A DNA stretch of 64,000 bases from a virus. This document shows, one piece after another, positions 10,240-21,181 of the stretch. Below the pieces are notes generated by a model, which searched no databases, was not told the DNA's origin, and saw only the letters and a program-made list of their open reading frames with translations. Each line of letters starts with the position of its first letter. Positions within the stretch are counted from its first letter, which is position 1. A program made the position numbers and the translations under genes. The stretch covers positions 11,554 through 75,553 of IMG/VR virus record IMGVR_UViG_3300023313_000005. The stretch is one strand, 5' to 3'.

Positions 10240-11093
10240 ATTTTTATATATTTTATAATTTTATTTAATTCATGTAAATTGTGTATTCGTTTAGCTCCTA
10301 CATCATAATGTCTATTATATGGGGCATCCATTAAATAACATAATATCCCATTTTTATTGAGATCGGCAAAGGTACGAAAATTATCGTCAACAAACAAATT
10401 TAAATTTTCTTTTTTTGCAGATTCTAATTTGGAACCTGAAGTACATATTAATTTTACATTAGGATAATTATTTTTTATTAACCATTCTTTACGTATATTA
10501 TAAAACTTTTTAGGCATTCCTGTTATATAACATGTTGGTTCAAAAGGAATGTCTTCAGGTTTTATTTTAATAGGTAAATTTTTCCAAAATGATGCTCTAT
10601 TTGCTAATTTATTATACATTTCTTCCCATTTACCATTAGTCCAATGATATATTTCTGTCGGATTTATATTAAGTAAAGATGCAATATAACCATTCATATC
10701 ACATAATATATCATCAATATCTAATCCTATTCTAATTGTAGAATACATATGATACTTACGATCATCTAAATGAGGATGGGTATAATAATACTCATTTAAT
10801 GCCATAGCGTTCCATATGACATGCGTAATATGTAATAAATTGGTTTCCTTATCATAATCTTCACATAATTCATATGCGGCAAGATGTCTCTTTAAACTAG
10901 CTATACAAGTGCTCCAATCCATTCCCTTTTTCCAATTATCTTCTTCGTATTTTTCAGCACCTTTTTTATACAATTCTGCTAAATCAGCTAAAGGTAATGT
11001 AGGAATTAAATCATAACGAGGTTTGTCTTTATTATATCTCAATGCTTTATTTGAGAAATTCTTTAACGTATGTCCCATTTTGTACTTTTTCAT
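10236..11093 (-). CDS. dATP/dGTP diphosphohydrolase-like domain fused to a HAD 5'-nucleotidase-like domain
   Basis: N-terminal KPRYDLIP...GAEKY..DNWKKG...HITHVIWNA; C-terminal GLDIDDIL...FVDD...PYNR. Confidence 0.75.
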   Translation of the reverse strand: MKKYKMGHTLKNFSNKALRYNKDKPRYDLIPTLPLADLAELYKKGAEKYEEDNWKKGMDWSTCIASLKRHLAAYELCEDYDKETNLLHITHVIWNAMALNEYYYTHPHLDDRKYHMYSTIRIGLDIDDILCDMNGYIASLLNINPTEIYHWTNGKWEEMYNKLANRASFWKNLPIKIKPEDIPFEPTCYITGMPKKFYNIRKEWLIKNNYPNVKLICTSGSKLESAKKENLNLFVDDNFRTFADLNKNGILCYLMDAPYNRHYDVGAKRIHNLHELNKIIKYIKI

Positions 11094-12114
11094 AATTTAT
11101 ATTTTCACTTTTAGGTAATTCCACCATTAAGCCATTTTCACCAATAAATTGATATCCTATTCTATAATCATCTATTCCATATGAATTTTTAATTACCTTT
11201 AATGCTCTAAATCTATTATAATTTTTATTATTAACAAAATCTTTAATATTATATCCCATATAATCAAATACTTTTAATTTATATGGATTCATTAATCCAA
11301 TTACAACATCTGCATTTTCATAAATATCTGCAGAACCTTTAAAATCTTTAGGTTGTACATCTATTTCTGTTTTAACTGCGCGGTATGTATCTTCAATACC
11401 TCTATTTAATTGAGATATATCTATAACAGTCATCCCGTAGTAATCACGTAACACACTCATATATTCAGAATGTTTATCTAATATTGCTTTATCAGTGTTA
11501 CATCCTTCTTCAGTACGTACTTTACCTATATGATCTGTAATATGTATAATTATTTCATTAGGATTATCAGGAATATATCTAGTATTGTATTTATCAATAG
11601 GTTCTTTCTTTCCTCTGGATAATGCAAAGTTTTTAGCAAAACTATATACTTTTGTTGGGTGAGCGGCCCCATCTATTATAGTAATATGTTTTTCTAATTC
11701 TTTAAAAAAATCAGAGTATGAATCTATTATTGCAATATGTTCTTTAGATAATTCAAATAATTTATTAGGCCATCCCATTAATGTGGGAACATCTAACAAT
11801 ATTCCATGATCTATATACATTAAATATGCTGTCCATTTTGCAATTTTTAATTCTTTAGATCGTTCCATAGAACGGTAAATCCAATGAATATTAATATTTG
11901 TTTTATTTTTTAACCACCACCTATAAGGTTCTAATACAAACATTGTATCAACAATAGCTGTTTTACCACTACCGGGTAATCCTCCAAATAAATAATACAT
12001 TCCTTTACCGAATACAATAGAAGAACCTAATTTCCCTTGTTTCAAAGGAATCCATGTGTGTAAACCATCTATTCCTTTTTGTACTTGTTGTCTAAATAAA
12101 TTAAATGTTGTCAA
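11047..12114 (-). CDS. Replicative DnaB-like helicase
   Basis: GGLPGSGKT, SMER, DH, ISQLNR and DFKGS...ENADVV motifs. Confidence 0.85.
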   Translation of the reverse strand: MTTFNLFRQQVQKGIDGLHTWIPLKQGKLGSSIVFGKGMYYLFGGLPGSGKTAIVDTMFVLEPYRWWLKNKTNINIHWIYRSMERSKELKIAKWTAYLMYIDHGILLDVPTLMGWPNKLFELSKEHIAIIDSYSDFFKELEKHITIIDGAAHPTKVYSFAKNFALSRGKKEPIDKYNTRYIPDNPNEIIIHITDHIGKVRTEEGCNTDKAILDKHSEYMSVLRDYYGMTVIDISQLNRGIEDTYRAVKTEIDVQPKDFKGSADIYENADVVIGLMNPYKLKVFDYMGYNIKDFVNNKNYNRFRALKVIKNSYGIDDYRIGYQFIGENGLMVELPKSENINYEKVQNGTYVKEFLK

Positions 12115-12638
12115 AAGTCTATAGTATTTGTTGATGTTACATTATTTTCACCATTAAGTATTGCTTCACATTCTTGTTCTAATGTACTAGTTTCTGAATC
12201 AAATATAAATTTTGAATTCTTTTTAGTATATTGCCAATTATAATGTTCTTGTCGAGTTAAATAATTAGTAGTGGCTTGTATAATAATATCTTTATCATAT
12301 TGCGGAAATATTTTTTGAAATCTTACCATTCGTTTCTTACATTCTAATGAGTTACCTGATACTCTATATCCATTAGGTAATAACATAGTAGGCCATAATG
12401 ATAACCACTCTTTTATCCATGAATTAATTGATTCACTAGTGATATCTTTAAATAATCCGGGAGGAACATTTAATCCTCCCGAACTATTAATAAAACCTTT
12501 TGTAATTAACGAATCGTAAATATTAGACAAATTTAATTCTTTAATTTCTAAATTAATAAATTTTAAGTATAATGCTATATATTCATTAGCATTAATCTTA
12601 TATTTTATTAACTTTTCTATGTCTATTACTACATTCAT
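12111..12638 (-). CDS. Hypothetical replication-associated protein
   Basis: 175-aa ORF coupled to the helicase gene. Confidence 0.55.
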   Translation of the reverse strand: MNVVIDIEKLIKYKINANEYIALYLKFINLEIKELNLSNIYDSLITKGFINSSGGLNVPPGLFKDITSESINSWIKEWLSLWPTMLLPNGYRVSGNSLECKKRMVRFQKIFPQYDKDIIIQATTNYLTRQEHYNWQYTKKNSKFIFDSETSTLEQECEAILNGENNVTSTNTIDF

Positions 12639-12836
12639 TACATTTTATTATTTTATATTTATTAATTGTTATAAATTTTGTACCATGACAATATTTACAA
12701 ACTTTATTATAACCATAATGTTCTAATATTTCGTCTATTGTATTCATGTATTGTCATATATTTGTTTATATAATAACCCGTTGTTATGAAATCATATTCA
12801 TTTTTTAAAAAATTAAATATTTGTTTATAACTTTTT

Positions 12837-13559
12837 TTAAACTCCGTAGTATTCATCATAGATATTATATTTTCCATAATTATCCTGTCTTTGATAAAAG
12901 TTTTCGGCATAAATTCTCCCATAATTGAATGAATATTTTCCATGAGTAGGGCATTCATCTCCTAAATAATTAGTATTAGAATACCATAATTGATGTTCTT
13001 TTTCATATACCCATTTACCTAATAATAAAATAGGTTTTTCGGGAAACATAATTGCTAATTTATTAGTATCTAATTTAATTAATCTTTCGGCATATACAGG
13101 ATCTATTTTATAACATTCATATAACAAATTAAGAAGATTAGGTTTTACCAATTCATTTTTAATTTTAAGTATAGTATCGGTATCGTTAGATTTATTCATG
13201 AGACTATATTCCCTAAATGTACCATTATGTGCAATTACTGGATATTTACTATAACCTTCTTCTTGAGTTATATTATCTATATCACATACATAAGGATGAC
13301 AATTTATTACGGATTTATCACCTACGGATACTTTACGTAAATGTACTATTAATTCATCATTTTTTTGAACATTGAAATTTTTAATAGCTTTTAAAAAATT
13401 AGATATTTTAAAATATCCTTTAGATAAGTATATTTTATTATCTCTTTTTATGGAAAAACCTAATCCATCTTTATTTCGTAAATTAAAAGCTTCTATTGTA
13501 CTTTTATTTAAAAATGATGTTACATCATCACCTTCTTTTTTAACTATTATTAAACACAT
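12837..13559 (-). CDS. Class II (Ntn) glutamine amidotransferase
   Basis: N-terminal M-C, DGLG, HLR, NCHPY, AHNGT and DTDT. Confidence 0.85.
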   Translation of the reverse strand: MCLIIVKKEGDDVTSFLNKSTIEAFNLRNKDGLGFSIKRDNKIYLSKGYFKISNFLKAIKNFNVQKNDELIVHLRKVSVGDKSVINCHPYVCDIDNITQEEGYSKYPVIAHNGTFREYSLMNKSNDTDTILKIKNELVKPNLLNLLYECYKIDPVYAERLIKLDTNKLAIMFPEKPILLLGKWVYEKEHQLWYSNTNYLGDECPTHGKYSFNYGRIYAENFYQRQDNYGKYNIYDEYYGV

Positions 13560-14893
13560 GATATAACACTTTTTAAATTATTAGTTTTATATACGTCATC
13601 GTTATTATCTAAATATTCTAGACGTTCATTATTTGCTTTTTTAAATTTTTCCTTACGTTCTTCAAAATATGAAATTAAATAATTAGATAATTTTTTATCA
13701 TACACATTATTCAATATTGTTTTAATATGTATTTTAGATTTATTTATGATATCTAATTGATTATTTTCAACATAATGAACAAACGCCATACAGAATAATA
13801 TCCAATTTTTAATTTTATTAAAATTTAATGACGCTCCGTGAGGTCTAAATTCTATAGTATATGAATTATTATTTCTGATATTAAAATTAGCAGGTATTAA
13901 ATTAATCCAATTATATCTTGGTAATCGATGCAGTGCGATATCATGTTGATATCTATCTGTATATCTTCCACCAGGATGATTATATGATTTATTATATTTA
14001 TTACCTAATTGTCTAGATGGTAATATATGTTGATTTAACATAATATTATATAAATATTCGTAAGCTAAATCTATACCATAATAATATCCATATTTTTTAA
14101 TATAAGGTAATAAAACATAATTAATTTTATTAGCGTATGAATTATTTTTTCTACTAAGAGGAAGTGTTTCAAATACTTCCTCTTGTAAATGCATCGCTAA
14201 TAGATTAGATAATACGGTAAATGCTTTATTATTAATAAATCCTCCAATGTGAACATGTACGGCACATTTATGATCTATTTCGCATCTTTTATTTATAATA
14301 TTTAGACTTTGTTTAAGATTATTCATTCCTAAATCACCTGATAAAATACCAGTTACATATTCTCCTCCTAATAAATCACCATCATCATTTACTAATGAAC
14401 CATCTCTAACACAACTTAAATTTAAATTATGATCTGTATATAAAGCAGGGTGTAATCTACCACTACATGTTTCAATTTCTACCCCAAAAGTATATTTTAA
14501 ATGTCCTGTAGAAATGTATGATGGTGATTTTGTGTTATTTGATGAATTATGATATTCTGTATACCAACCTATATTTTTATTTTTAAATATAGATTTTTGT
14601 ATATCATCAACTAAATCTTCACCATTATACGCCTCATATAACCCATATTTACGAGCTGTATTTAAAGAATCATAAAATGTAATACGATTATAAGTATTAT
14701 GTACTATCTTTTTTTCATATATGCCTATTGGGACATAATCTGTACTTATAACATATGATGTCTTATCTTTAGTTTTTATTTTAACTAAATGTCTAGTATT
14801 AATTACACAAAAACCTGTATCTATATGAATTTTAGGACAGTATATTTCATATTTATTAGTATTTATAACAAATACACTTTTTTGTTTATCCAT
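13550..14893 (-). CDS. Putative amidoligase (COOH-NH2 ligase fold)
   Basis: FGVEIE, RDGSL, CAVHVHIG and TIEFR motifs. Confidence 0.85.
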   Translation of the reverse strand: MDKQKSVFVINTNKYEIYCPKIHIDTGFCVINTRHLVKIKTKDKTSYVISTDYVPIGIYEKKIVHNTYNRITFYDSLNTARKYGLYEAYNGEDLVDDIQKSIFKNKNIGWYTEYHNSSNNTKSPSYISTGHLKYTFGVEIETCSGRLHPALYTDHNLNLSCVRDGSLVNDDGDLLGGEYVTGILSGDLGMNNLKQSLNIINKRCEIDHKCAVHVHIGGFINNKAFTVLSNLLAMHLQEEVFETLPLSRKNNSYANKINYVLLPYIKKYGYYYGIDLAYEYLYNIMLNQHILPSRQLGNKYNKSYNHPGGRYTDRYQHDIALHRLPRYNWINLIPANFNIRNNNSYTIEFRPHGASLNFNKIKNWILFCMAFVHYVENNQLDIINKSKIHIKTILNNVYDKKLSNYLISYFEERKEKFKKANNERLEYLDNNDDVYKTNNLKSVISCV

Positions 14894-16088
14894 AATAATC
14901 TACTATATTTTGTAATTCATTAACCTTTTTAATAACCTTTGATAATTTGAATTTTATTTTTTTAGGAACTACTTTTTGAATATTATGTAATTCCTTTTTA
15001 ATATCAGTAGTTATTTTTTCACATACTTCATATGGATCATCATCATCTACATTATTTGTTTCGTTATGAAAAAGTTCCATTAATTTTTCAATATTGTCTA
15101 TTAAAAATATATCATTAGTATTATCATTATAAGTTCTTAATAATTGATATACACTATGTGTTTCATTATAAATGATTCTATCTTCTTTCCAAACTCTAGT
15201 ACTAAATGTTGAAAAATTAAATACAGAACATGCTCCATATTTAGATGTCATAGTAATCCTACCTTTATAATTATAAACATTGGTAATATTATCAATTTTA
15301 GAATATCTAGTAAGACCAACATTATTATTTACCCATAATAAGAATTGATTATTTTTTGTTATTTTTACCTTTTTCTTAATTAATGGATTTCTTTTAATTT
15401 TAACATTAGACTTATTTAAAATAACACCATCTTTTATTTGATAATGAATAAAACTTTTAAATTCTTCAATTTTAGTACATCCTATTATTTTTAAAGGTTC
15501 TTTTTCTGAAGAAATATATATACTAGGTTCGTTATTTTGTGTAATTATTCCATAATGAAGAGGTCTTTCTTCATCTTTATATATATTTAAGATATTAGTA
15601 TCTTTAACATGCCACATTAACGCACATGCTCCTTCATAATCTGAAAGTATTTTAAGATTACCTATCGTATTAATATAATAAGGGAATATTTTAGAATCCA
15701 CATCAATTGTGTAATTATTAAATGCATTATTTGGATACATATTATTATATGTTTTTAATAACATATCTAAATTTCTAAGTGTTCCATTATGAGCACCTAC
15801 TACATCTCCATACATAAAAGGATGTGTATTTTCAATACATACTGTTCCTACAGTAGCATGTCTAGTATGTCCTATAAATAAATTACTTTCTTTAAAATCA
15901 TGATTTGTTAATACTTGATTAATAACTCCTCCTGTTTTTTTAAAAACTCTATCTTCCCATTTGATTTTTTTATTATTATTAAAATAACCTGATGAGTGAT
16001 AACCTCTATCTTGATTAAGAATAAATAATATTTTAATCAAATCTTTATTATAATTGTTCTTTCCGGAATAACCTAATAATCCACACAT
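14886..16088 (-). CDS. Class II (Ntn) glutamine amidotransferase
   Basis: MCGLLG, DRG, GHTRHAT, HPF, AHNGT and VDS. Confidence 0.9.
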   Translation of the reverse strand: MCGLLGYSGKNNYNKDLIKILFILNQDRGYHSSGYFNNNKKIKWEDRVFKKTGGVINQVLTNHDFKESNLFIGHTRHATVGTVCIENTHPFMYGDVVGAHNGTLRNLDMLLKTYNNMYPNNAFNNYTIDVDSKIFPYYINTIGNLKILSDYEGACALMWHVKDTNILNIYKDEERPLHYGIITQNNEPSIYISSEKEPLKIIGCTKIEEFKSFIHYQIKDGVILNKSNVKIKRNPLIKKKVKITKNNQFLLWVNNNVGLTRYSKIDNITNVYNYKGRITMTSKYGACSVFNFSTFSTRVWKEDRIIYNETHSVYQLLRTYNDNTNDIFLIDNIEKLMELFHNETNNVDDDDPYEVCEKITTDIKKELHNIQKVVPKKIKFKLSKVIKKVNELQNIVDYYG

Positions 16089-16116
16089 ATATTATATTAA
16101 TTTATAATTATAAAAA

Positions 16117-16572
16117 TTAAATACTGTCAACATCTGTTATTAAGATATCATCATTATTTTTTGATACACTACCGCTTTTTGTTACGGATTTTATTTTTTC
16201 TCTAAATTTTCGATAATCATTATCTGCAATGATAGATCCTAATGGTTCATTAAAATAAATATATGCTTTATGTGTTTGATTATTATCATCAATCACACTA
16301 ATTAATTTTCGTTTATACCATGACCCAGAATAATCATTTTCATTAAATCCTTCTAGATAATCTAATTCCATTAATGTATCTTCATTAACTTCATATAATT
16401 CACCTTTTACAGGAAATTTACTCTTTACTCCTTCTGCTACATATGGAATTCCCTCTTGATACATTTGATAATTAAATGCAGTTACTGCTTTACCTAAAAA
16501 TTTAGAAGATCTTAGTAGATAGTTATTACCAAATCCTTGCATTAATGTTCCGTATACAAATACTTTTATCAT
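16117..16572 (-). CDS. Gamma-glutamylcyclotransferase (AIG2-like)
   Basis: VFVYGTL, GELY, LDYLEG and YKR. Confidence 0.9.
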   Translation of the reverse strand: MIKVFVYGTLMQGFGNNYLLRSSKFLGKAVTAFNYQMYQEGIPYVAEGVKSKFPVKGELYEVNEDTLMELDYLEGFNENDYSGSWYKRKLISVIDDNNQTHKAYIYFNEPLGSIIADNDYRKFREKIKSVTKSGSVSKNNDDILITDVDSI

Positions 16573-16574
16573 TT

Positions 16575-17327
16575 TTATTTAATTAAATTGTTAATAATTT
16601 TTGTTATTTCTGTTTTATATTTATTAAATACAATATTTCCATTTAAAGAAGGTGCTGAATTTATTTCTATAATCTTATATATTGGATTATTTCTAATTTC
16701 ACCATTTTTATATTGGCTTTGTACTCGAACATCACAAGCACCTATATCTAAATTAACTGCATTTAATGCTTTTACACAATCATTTACTATTTGTTCCCAA
16801 TTAATTGGTTTTTCAAACATTTTATTATTTTCTAATATCCAATTAGAATTATTAGAATTTCTATAGAATCGTGTAGTAGCTGTTGATTTTAATAATTTTC
16901 TACATGCATGAAAACATCCATTTTTAGAAACATGTATTCTATATTCTCTTACTCCTGAAAAATATTCTTCAAAAATATAATTTGAAAATTTTAATTTATT
17001 ATAATTTTGCTCATCTCGTAATAAAAATATATCTTTAGCACGAGATCCATAAATAGGTTTAGCTATAATAGGGTATTTTAAATTATCAATTTTATATAAT
17101 GAATATTTGCAAGTAGGAATATCATACTCATTAAAACATTGTTTCATAATTCTTTTATTAGCACTATTTTTACATGCATTTGATGAATTAATTTCTAAAT
17201 ATTTATGTTTTAATGGAGTATTATGAGTAGAACCTAATCTAAGTAATACTCTTTTTGGAAAAAATGGTAATTCTTTTCTTAATCTATTATGAGAAGGATG
17301 TCGTGATCTAATTATAGGTTTAAACAT
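16575..17327 (-). CDS. ATP-grasp peptide ligase
   Basis: YPIIAKP, EYRIHV, GACDV and IEINSAP. Confidence 0.85.
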   Translation of the reverse strand: MFKPIIRSRHPSHNRLRKELPFFPKRVLLRLGSTHNTPLKHKYLEINSSNACKNSANKRIMKQCFNEYDIPTCKYSLYKIDNLKYPIIAKPIYGSRAKDIFLLRDEQNYNKLKFSNYIFEEYFSGVREYRIHVSKNGCFHACRKLLKSTATTRFYRNSNNSNWILENNKMFEKPINWEQIVNDCVKALNAVNLDIGACDVRVQSQYKNGEIRNNPIYKIIEINSAPSLNGNIVFNKYKTEITKIINNLIK

Positions 17328-17328
17328 T

Positions 17329-18057
17329 TTATACTTTTTTTAGACATTTTATATTAATTGTTTTTTCTTTATTATGTTGATCAGTTACGATACAATAATT
17401 ATTTTTAATACGCTTTACAATAAATAATTCATTTAATTTAGTATTAATAGAATATTTATCATATTTTATATATTTTACAATATTACCTTTTTCTATCTTA
17501 TTTTTTAATACTGATAATCCGTAATTAAAAATAGTATGTTCTAATTTATATATTTTATTAATCGAAAATACACGACGAGTAAAAGGTTGTATAAAACAAG
17601 CTAAATTAAGAGAATGTGGCCATAATAACTTTTGATGGTTTTTTGCTATATAAGTAACAGTTGGGGAAGCTATATCATTAACTGCATATAATTTCCTTGT
17701 ATGAGATAATGAATTTACTTCGGTATTATCATTATATATAAAAAATTTACCAAATACATTTATATAAAGAACTTTATCATAATCAATATGAAAAGAAATT
17801 TCATTTGATTCTGTAGGATAATTATTATCTGCTAATAAAAAATGTTTTTTAGAATATAAATTACCGTCTATAGAAACATAATTCTTAGTAGTTTTATGAA
17901 CATAATAATATGTATTATATATTAATTTATTTCCTGAATAACTTGCACTATTGCTTAAAACTACCCCATTAGATAATATTATATCATTATCTATTTCAGA
18001 TAAAGGTTTATAATTTTGAAATAACTGATCTCTGATTTGATTCTCTAACTCTTCCAT
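17329..18057 (-). CDS. Hypothetical protein in the amidoligase cluster
   Basis: 242-aa ORF. Confidence 0.6.
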   Translation of the reverse strand: MEELENQIRDQLFQNYKPLSEIDNDIILSNGVVLSNSASYSGNKLIYNTYYYVHKTTKNYVSIDGNLYSKKHFLLADNNYPTESNEISFHIDYDKVLYINVFGKFFIYNDNTEVNSLSHTRKLYAVNDIASPTVTYIAKNHQKLLWPHSLNLACFIQPFTRRVFSINKIYKLEHTIFNYGLSVLKNKIEKGNIVKYIKYDKYSINTKLNELFIVKRIKNNYCIVTDQHNKEKTINIKCLKKV

Positions 18058-18838
18058 TTGTAATAATTGAAATATTATATTTATTAATAATATTAGTTGC
18101 TAATATTTTATCATTATTATTTATAGCATTGATTATATTACTTTTTAATTCATTTGTAATTATATTATTATTATTAACAAAAGTTATTGCTTGTAAGGTT
18201 TGATTAAATACCCATTTTTGAAGTGATGTATTTTTTAACCAAAAATTAGAAATTGTACGGTACTCAATACCATATTTAGTAAATCTAAATCTACCCGCTT
18301 TTCCATATTCTTGTTTTCTAATATCATCATTATCCATAATTACAGCAGGTACTCCTAGAAATAAATCCATTGCTTTAACTAACTGTTCTGATATTTCCAT
18401 CTCTGGCGTATCCCATCCTACATGTATATGACCTCCCGCAAATCTATATTTAGGATGAGGTTTTATGGGAGTCATCATATTAGTAGTCCATACATCAAAA
18501 TCAATACTACATCCAAATGTAGATGCTTGTTTAGTTTTAAGAACTTTCTCTGAAAATTCCATAGAAGGGTCAGCTATTAATTTCATACCACTAGGTAATA
18601 ATTTTGTAATTTCTGTTTTACAAAATTTTATTTCTCTTATAAAGGACTTATAATCTATTACAGGAGGAATATTAAATTCTACCATTACATTATCTTCTTG
18701 TACAGCATGTCCGTTATTTGATAATTTGCGAGGTTTTCTTTTAGTTCCTCCTAAAAGTCCTTCTGCAGAAATTGAATTATTATTATTATCTATAATAAAC
18801 ATTTCGGGATCTGTTCCTATTGTTATATTAGTTATCAT
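18008..18838 (-). CDS. phiEco32-like COOH-NH2 ligase (type 2)
   Basis: IGTDPE, QEDNVMVE, FGC, GGHIHVG and YGIEYRT. Confidence 0.88.
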   Translation of the reverse strand: MITNITIGTDPEMFIIDNNNNSISAEGLLGGTKRKPRKLSNNGHAVQEDNVMVEFNIPPVIDYKSFIREIKFCKTEITKLLPSGMKLIADPSMEFSEKVLKTKQASTFGCSIDFDVWTTNMMTPIKPHPKYRFAGGHIHVGWDTPEMEISEQLVKAMDLFLGVPAVIMDNDDIRKQEYGKAGRFRFTKYGIEYRTISNFWLKNTSLQKWVFNQTLQAITFVNNNNIITNELKSNIINAINNNDKILATNIINKYNISIITNGRVRESNQRSVISKL

Positions 18839-19506
18839 TTGTTATTATTTATTGTTTTAATAATTCCAGAATTGTTGTGTAAATCATAATTATCACTAAA
18901 ATCAAACCATGAAGTGTGATACACTTTAACTTTATTAATTATATCAATAAACGGTTTACCTTTTATTAAAAATTTGTCATTTGATAAACATTCACTATTG
19001 TCTATGTTTTTAATAAAATTATCTACTGTACTATTGTTATAAAAAATACCAATTCTTAATAATAATAAATACATACTTAATAAATGAGGCTCAGATCCCC
19101 ATTGTTTATCAAACCTTACTTTTATACATTTATTATGTAGTGATAAATCTGTTTCATTTATTAATGTTTGTAATGTAATTATAGATTTTGGTATTTCAAA
19201 ATTACGTTCAATATAATGAATAAAATGTTTTAAATTATTTACATTATTTTTATTTAATTCAAAATCATCATGATGAAGTATTAATGTATATTTATTTCGT
19301 TTTTTTAATAAAGAAGAGTTACATTTAAATCCGTAAATTGATATATCACGACCTGTAATTTGAGACCAAAATATATCTTGAAAATAATCTTTACAGTACG
19401 TTAAAGGTGTAATATTTATATTATTTTCAATTAAAGAAAATTGTATACCTGATGTTACTGCTTCCTCTAATTTATGCTGTAAGTTGTTCTGAATAATTGT
19501 GATCAT
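18835..19506 (-). CDS. Hypothetical protein in the amidoligase cluster
   Basis: 223-aa coupled ORF with CKDYFQD motif. Confidence 0.6.
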   Translation of the reverse strand: MITIIQNNLQHKLEEAVTSGIQFSLIENNINITPLTYCKDYFQDIFWSQITGRDISIYGFKCNSSLLKKRNKYTLILHHDDFELNKNNVNNLKHFIHYIERNFEIPKSIITLQTLINETDLSLHNKCIKVRFDKQWGSEPHLLSMYLLLLRIGIFYNNSTVDNFIKNIDNSECLSNDKFLIKGKPFIDIINKVKVYHTSWFDFSDNYDLHNNSGIIKTINNNK

Positions 19507-20086
19507 AACAATATTTTTTTAATAAATCTTTTACTAATTTACATGAAGGGTGAGAGGTCTCTTCATATTCAGGATGAAATTGTACCGCTAATGCATTTAA
19601 ATCTTTATAATAAATAATTTCATATTCAATTACATTAGAAGTTATATTAGTAGCTATTTTATTTTTACAAAATGCTAATGGTAAATATGAATTAATATTT
19701 GTAGGATTCATCATTTGATGATGATAACTATTAACTTTAATTACTTTATTATTACAAATAATTTCATGATCTTTACAATTATGATTATTTACATCTTGAA
19801 TTAATGATCCACCAGATACAACAGTTAGTAATTGAGCACCTCTACATATTCCTAATATTGGAATATTATGTAATTTAGCCATTTCAATTACTTTTATTTC
19901 TTTATAATCACGATTTTTATCTGGGATATCATTTTTTAAATCTTCATATTGATCATATAATTTAGCGTTTATATCAGTACCTCCTCCTAATATTACTAAA
20001 TTAGCATCTTTTACAGTGTATACTTCTTTGTAATTACTTAACCATTCATGTGATTCATTAGGTGATGTCATATAAATTTTAAGCAT
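19472..20086 (-). CDS. Class I glutamine amidotransferase / peptidase C26-like
   Basis: GGGTDI, GICRGAQ, NSYHHQ and QFHPE. Confidence 0.9.
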   Translation of the reverse strand: MLKIYMTSPNESHEWLSNYKEVYTVKDANLVILGGGTDINAKLYDQYEDLKNDIPDKNRDYKEIKVIEMAKLHNIPILGICRGAQLLTVVSGGSLIQDVNNHNCKDHEIICNNKVIKVNSYHHQMMNPTNINSYLPLAFCKNKIATNITSNVIEYEIIYYKDLNALAVQFHPEYEETSHPSCKLVKDLLKKYCYDHNYSEQLTA

Positions 20087-20645
20087 TTTTTAATAATTTT
20101 TTATTACGGTTATAAACATATGTTAAATCTGACATTAAATTGGTAAATGATAACTCATCAATATACCAATCATCGCCTTCTTCATCAATTTCTAATTCGT
20201 GATCATTCATAATTACTCTTATATCAGAATAAAATTGATCATCATCTAATTGATAATATTCATCATTACTATTTTCACATGATGATATATAAGTAGATGA
20301 CTTAATTACTATTTTGTATGTTGTACAACAATACCATAAATAATAATTTAATTTATACAATACTCGTAATAAACTCTTATAAAACATATAATATGTCATA
20401 TTAGGGAAATAATTACGTGTTAATGCATATAATGATGTTACTGATCTAGATGCATTAGTACTACAATTTATATAACCTGGAGTAATTATATTTGCTGTAG
20501 CAGGTGATCCTTTTTTTATATAATTTAATAAAAAAGAATATGGTGTCTTATATAAAAAATAAGGTGTTTCAGTATCTTTATTATAAATTTTCATCATAGG
20601 ACACATATCTAACGCTCTTTTTGAATTAAAATTGTAATTTTTCAT
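20079..20645 (-). CDS. Hypothetical protein
   Basis: 188-aa coupled ORF. Confidence 0.6.
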   Translation of the reverse strand: MKNYNFNSKRALDMCPMMKIYNKDTETPYFLYKTPYSFLLNYIKKGSPATANIITPGYINCSTNASRSVTSLYALTRNYFPNMTYYMFYKSLLRVLYKLNYYLWYCCTTYKIVIKSSTYISSCENSNDEYYQLDDDQFYSDIRVIMNDHELEIDEEGDDWYIDELSFTNLMSDLTYVYNRNKKLLKNA

Positions 20646-21180
20646 AATCTCTTTTAATTATTAGATTTTTAATTACATGATATTTATTATTTTTACCATA
20701 TAAAATAGAATTATGTTTTTTTATTTTATATTTATATTCTTTGAATGTTAATATTTTTTGATCTTTAAAATCGGTTGAATTATTAGTATCACAATAATGA
20801 CTATATTGCAATAATTCAATAGGATTTAAATCAAAATTATCTTTTAGCCATTTGAAAGTTTTTAATATTGTGTTTCTTTCTTTATCTATATAAGATATCA
20901 GTTTTATAAGTAACTTTAAACTATTAAATGTATGTTCGTTACCCATTAAAATTAATTCATTAGTTTTAGTATTTATAGAAAATGGTAAATTTAAATCATT
21001 TTTTATAAAATCTAACCATTCATCAATTAAGATACCTGTCATATCACCATCTATTGTAATAATAACATCTTTAATTTTATCTTTAATTTTAAGTAATTTA
21101 AATTCATCATACGTATTAGCTAAATCATAGTATATATAATTGTTATCTGTTTCTATTGATATATATAAATTGGGTTCCAT
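20626..21180 (-). CDS. Hypothetical protein
   Basis: 184-aa coupled ORF. Confidence 0.6.
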   Translation of the reverse strand: MEPNLYISIETDNNYIYYDLANTYDEFKLLKIKDKIKDVIITIDGDMTGILIDEWLDFIKNDLNLPFSINTKTNELILMGNEHTFNSLKLLIKLISYIDKERNTILKTFKWLKDNFDLNPIELLQYSHYCDTNNSTDFKDQKILTFKEYKYKIKKHNSILYGKNNKYHVIKNLIIKRDYEKLQF

Positions 21181-21181
21181 A

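Noticed and set aside
3324-11093. Z-genome (2-aminoadenine) pathway
   Set aside because: MazG and a diphosphohydrolase are present, but no PurZ-like adenylosuccinate synthetase is in the window.
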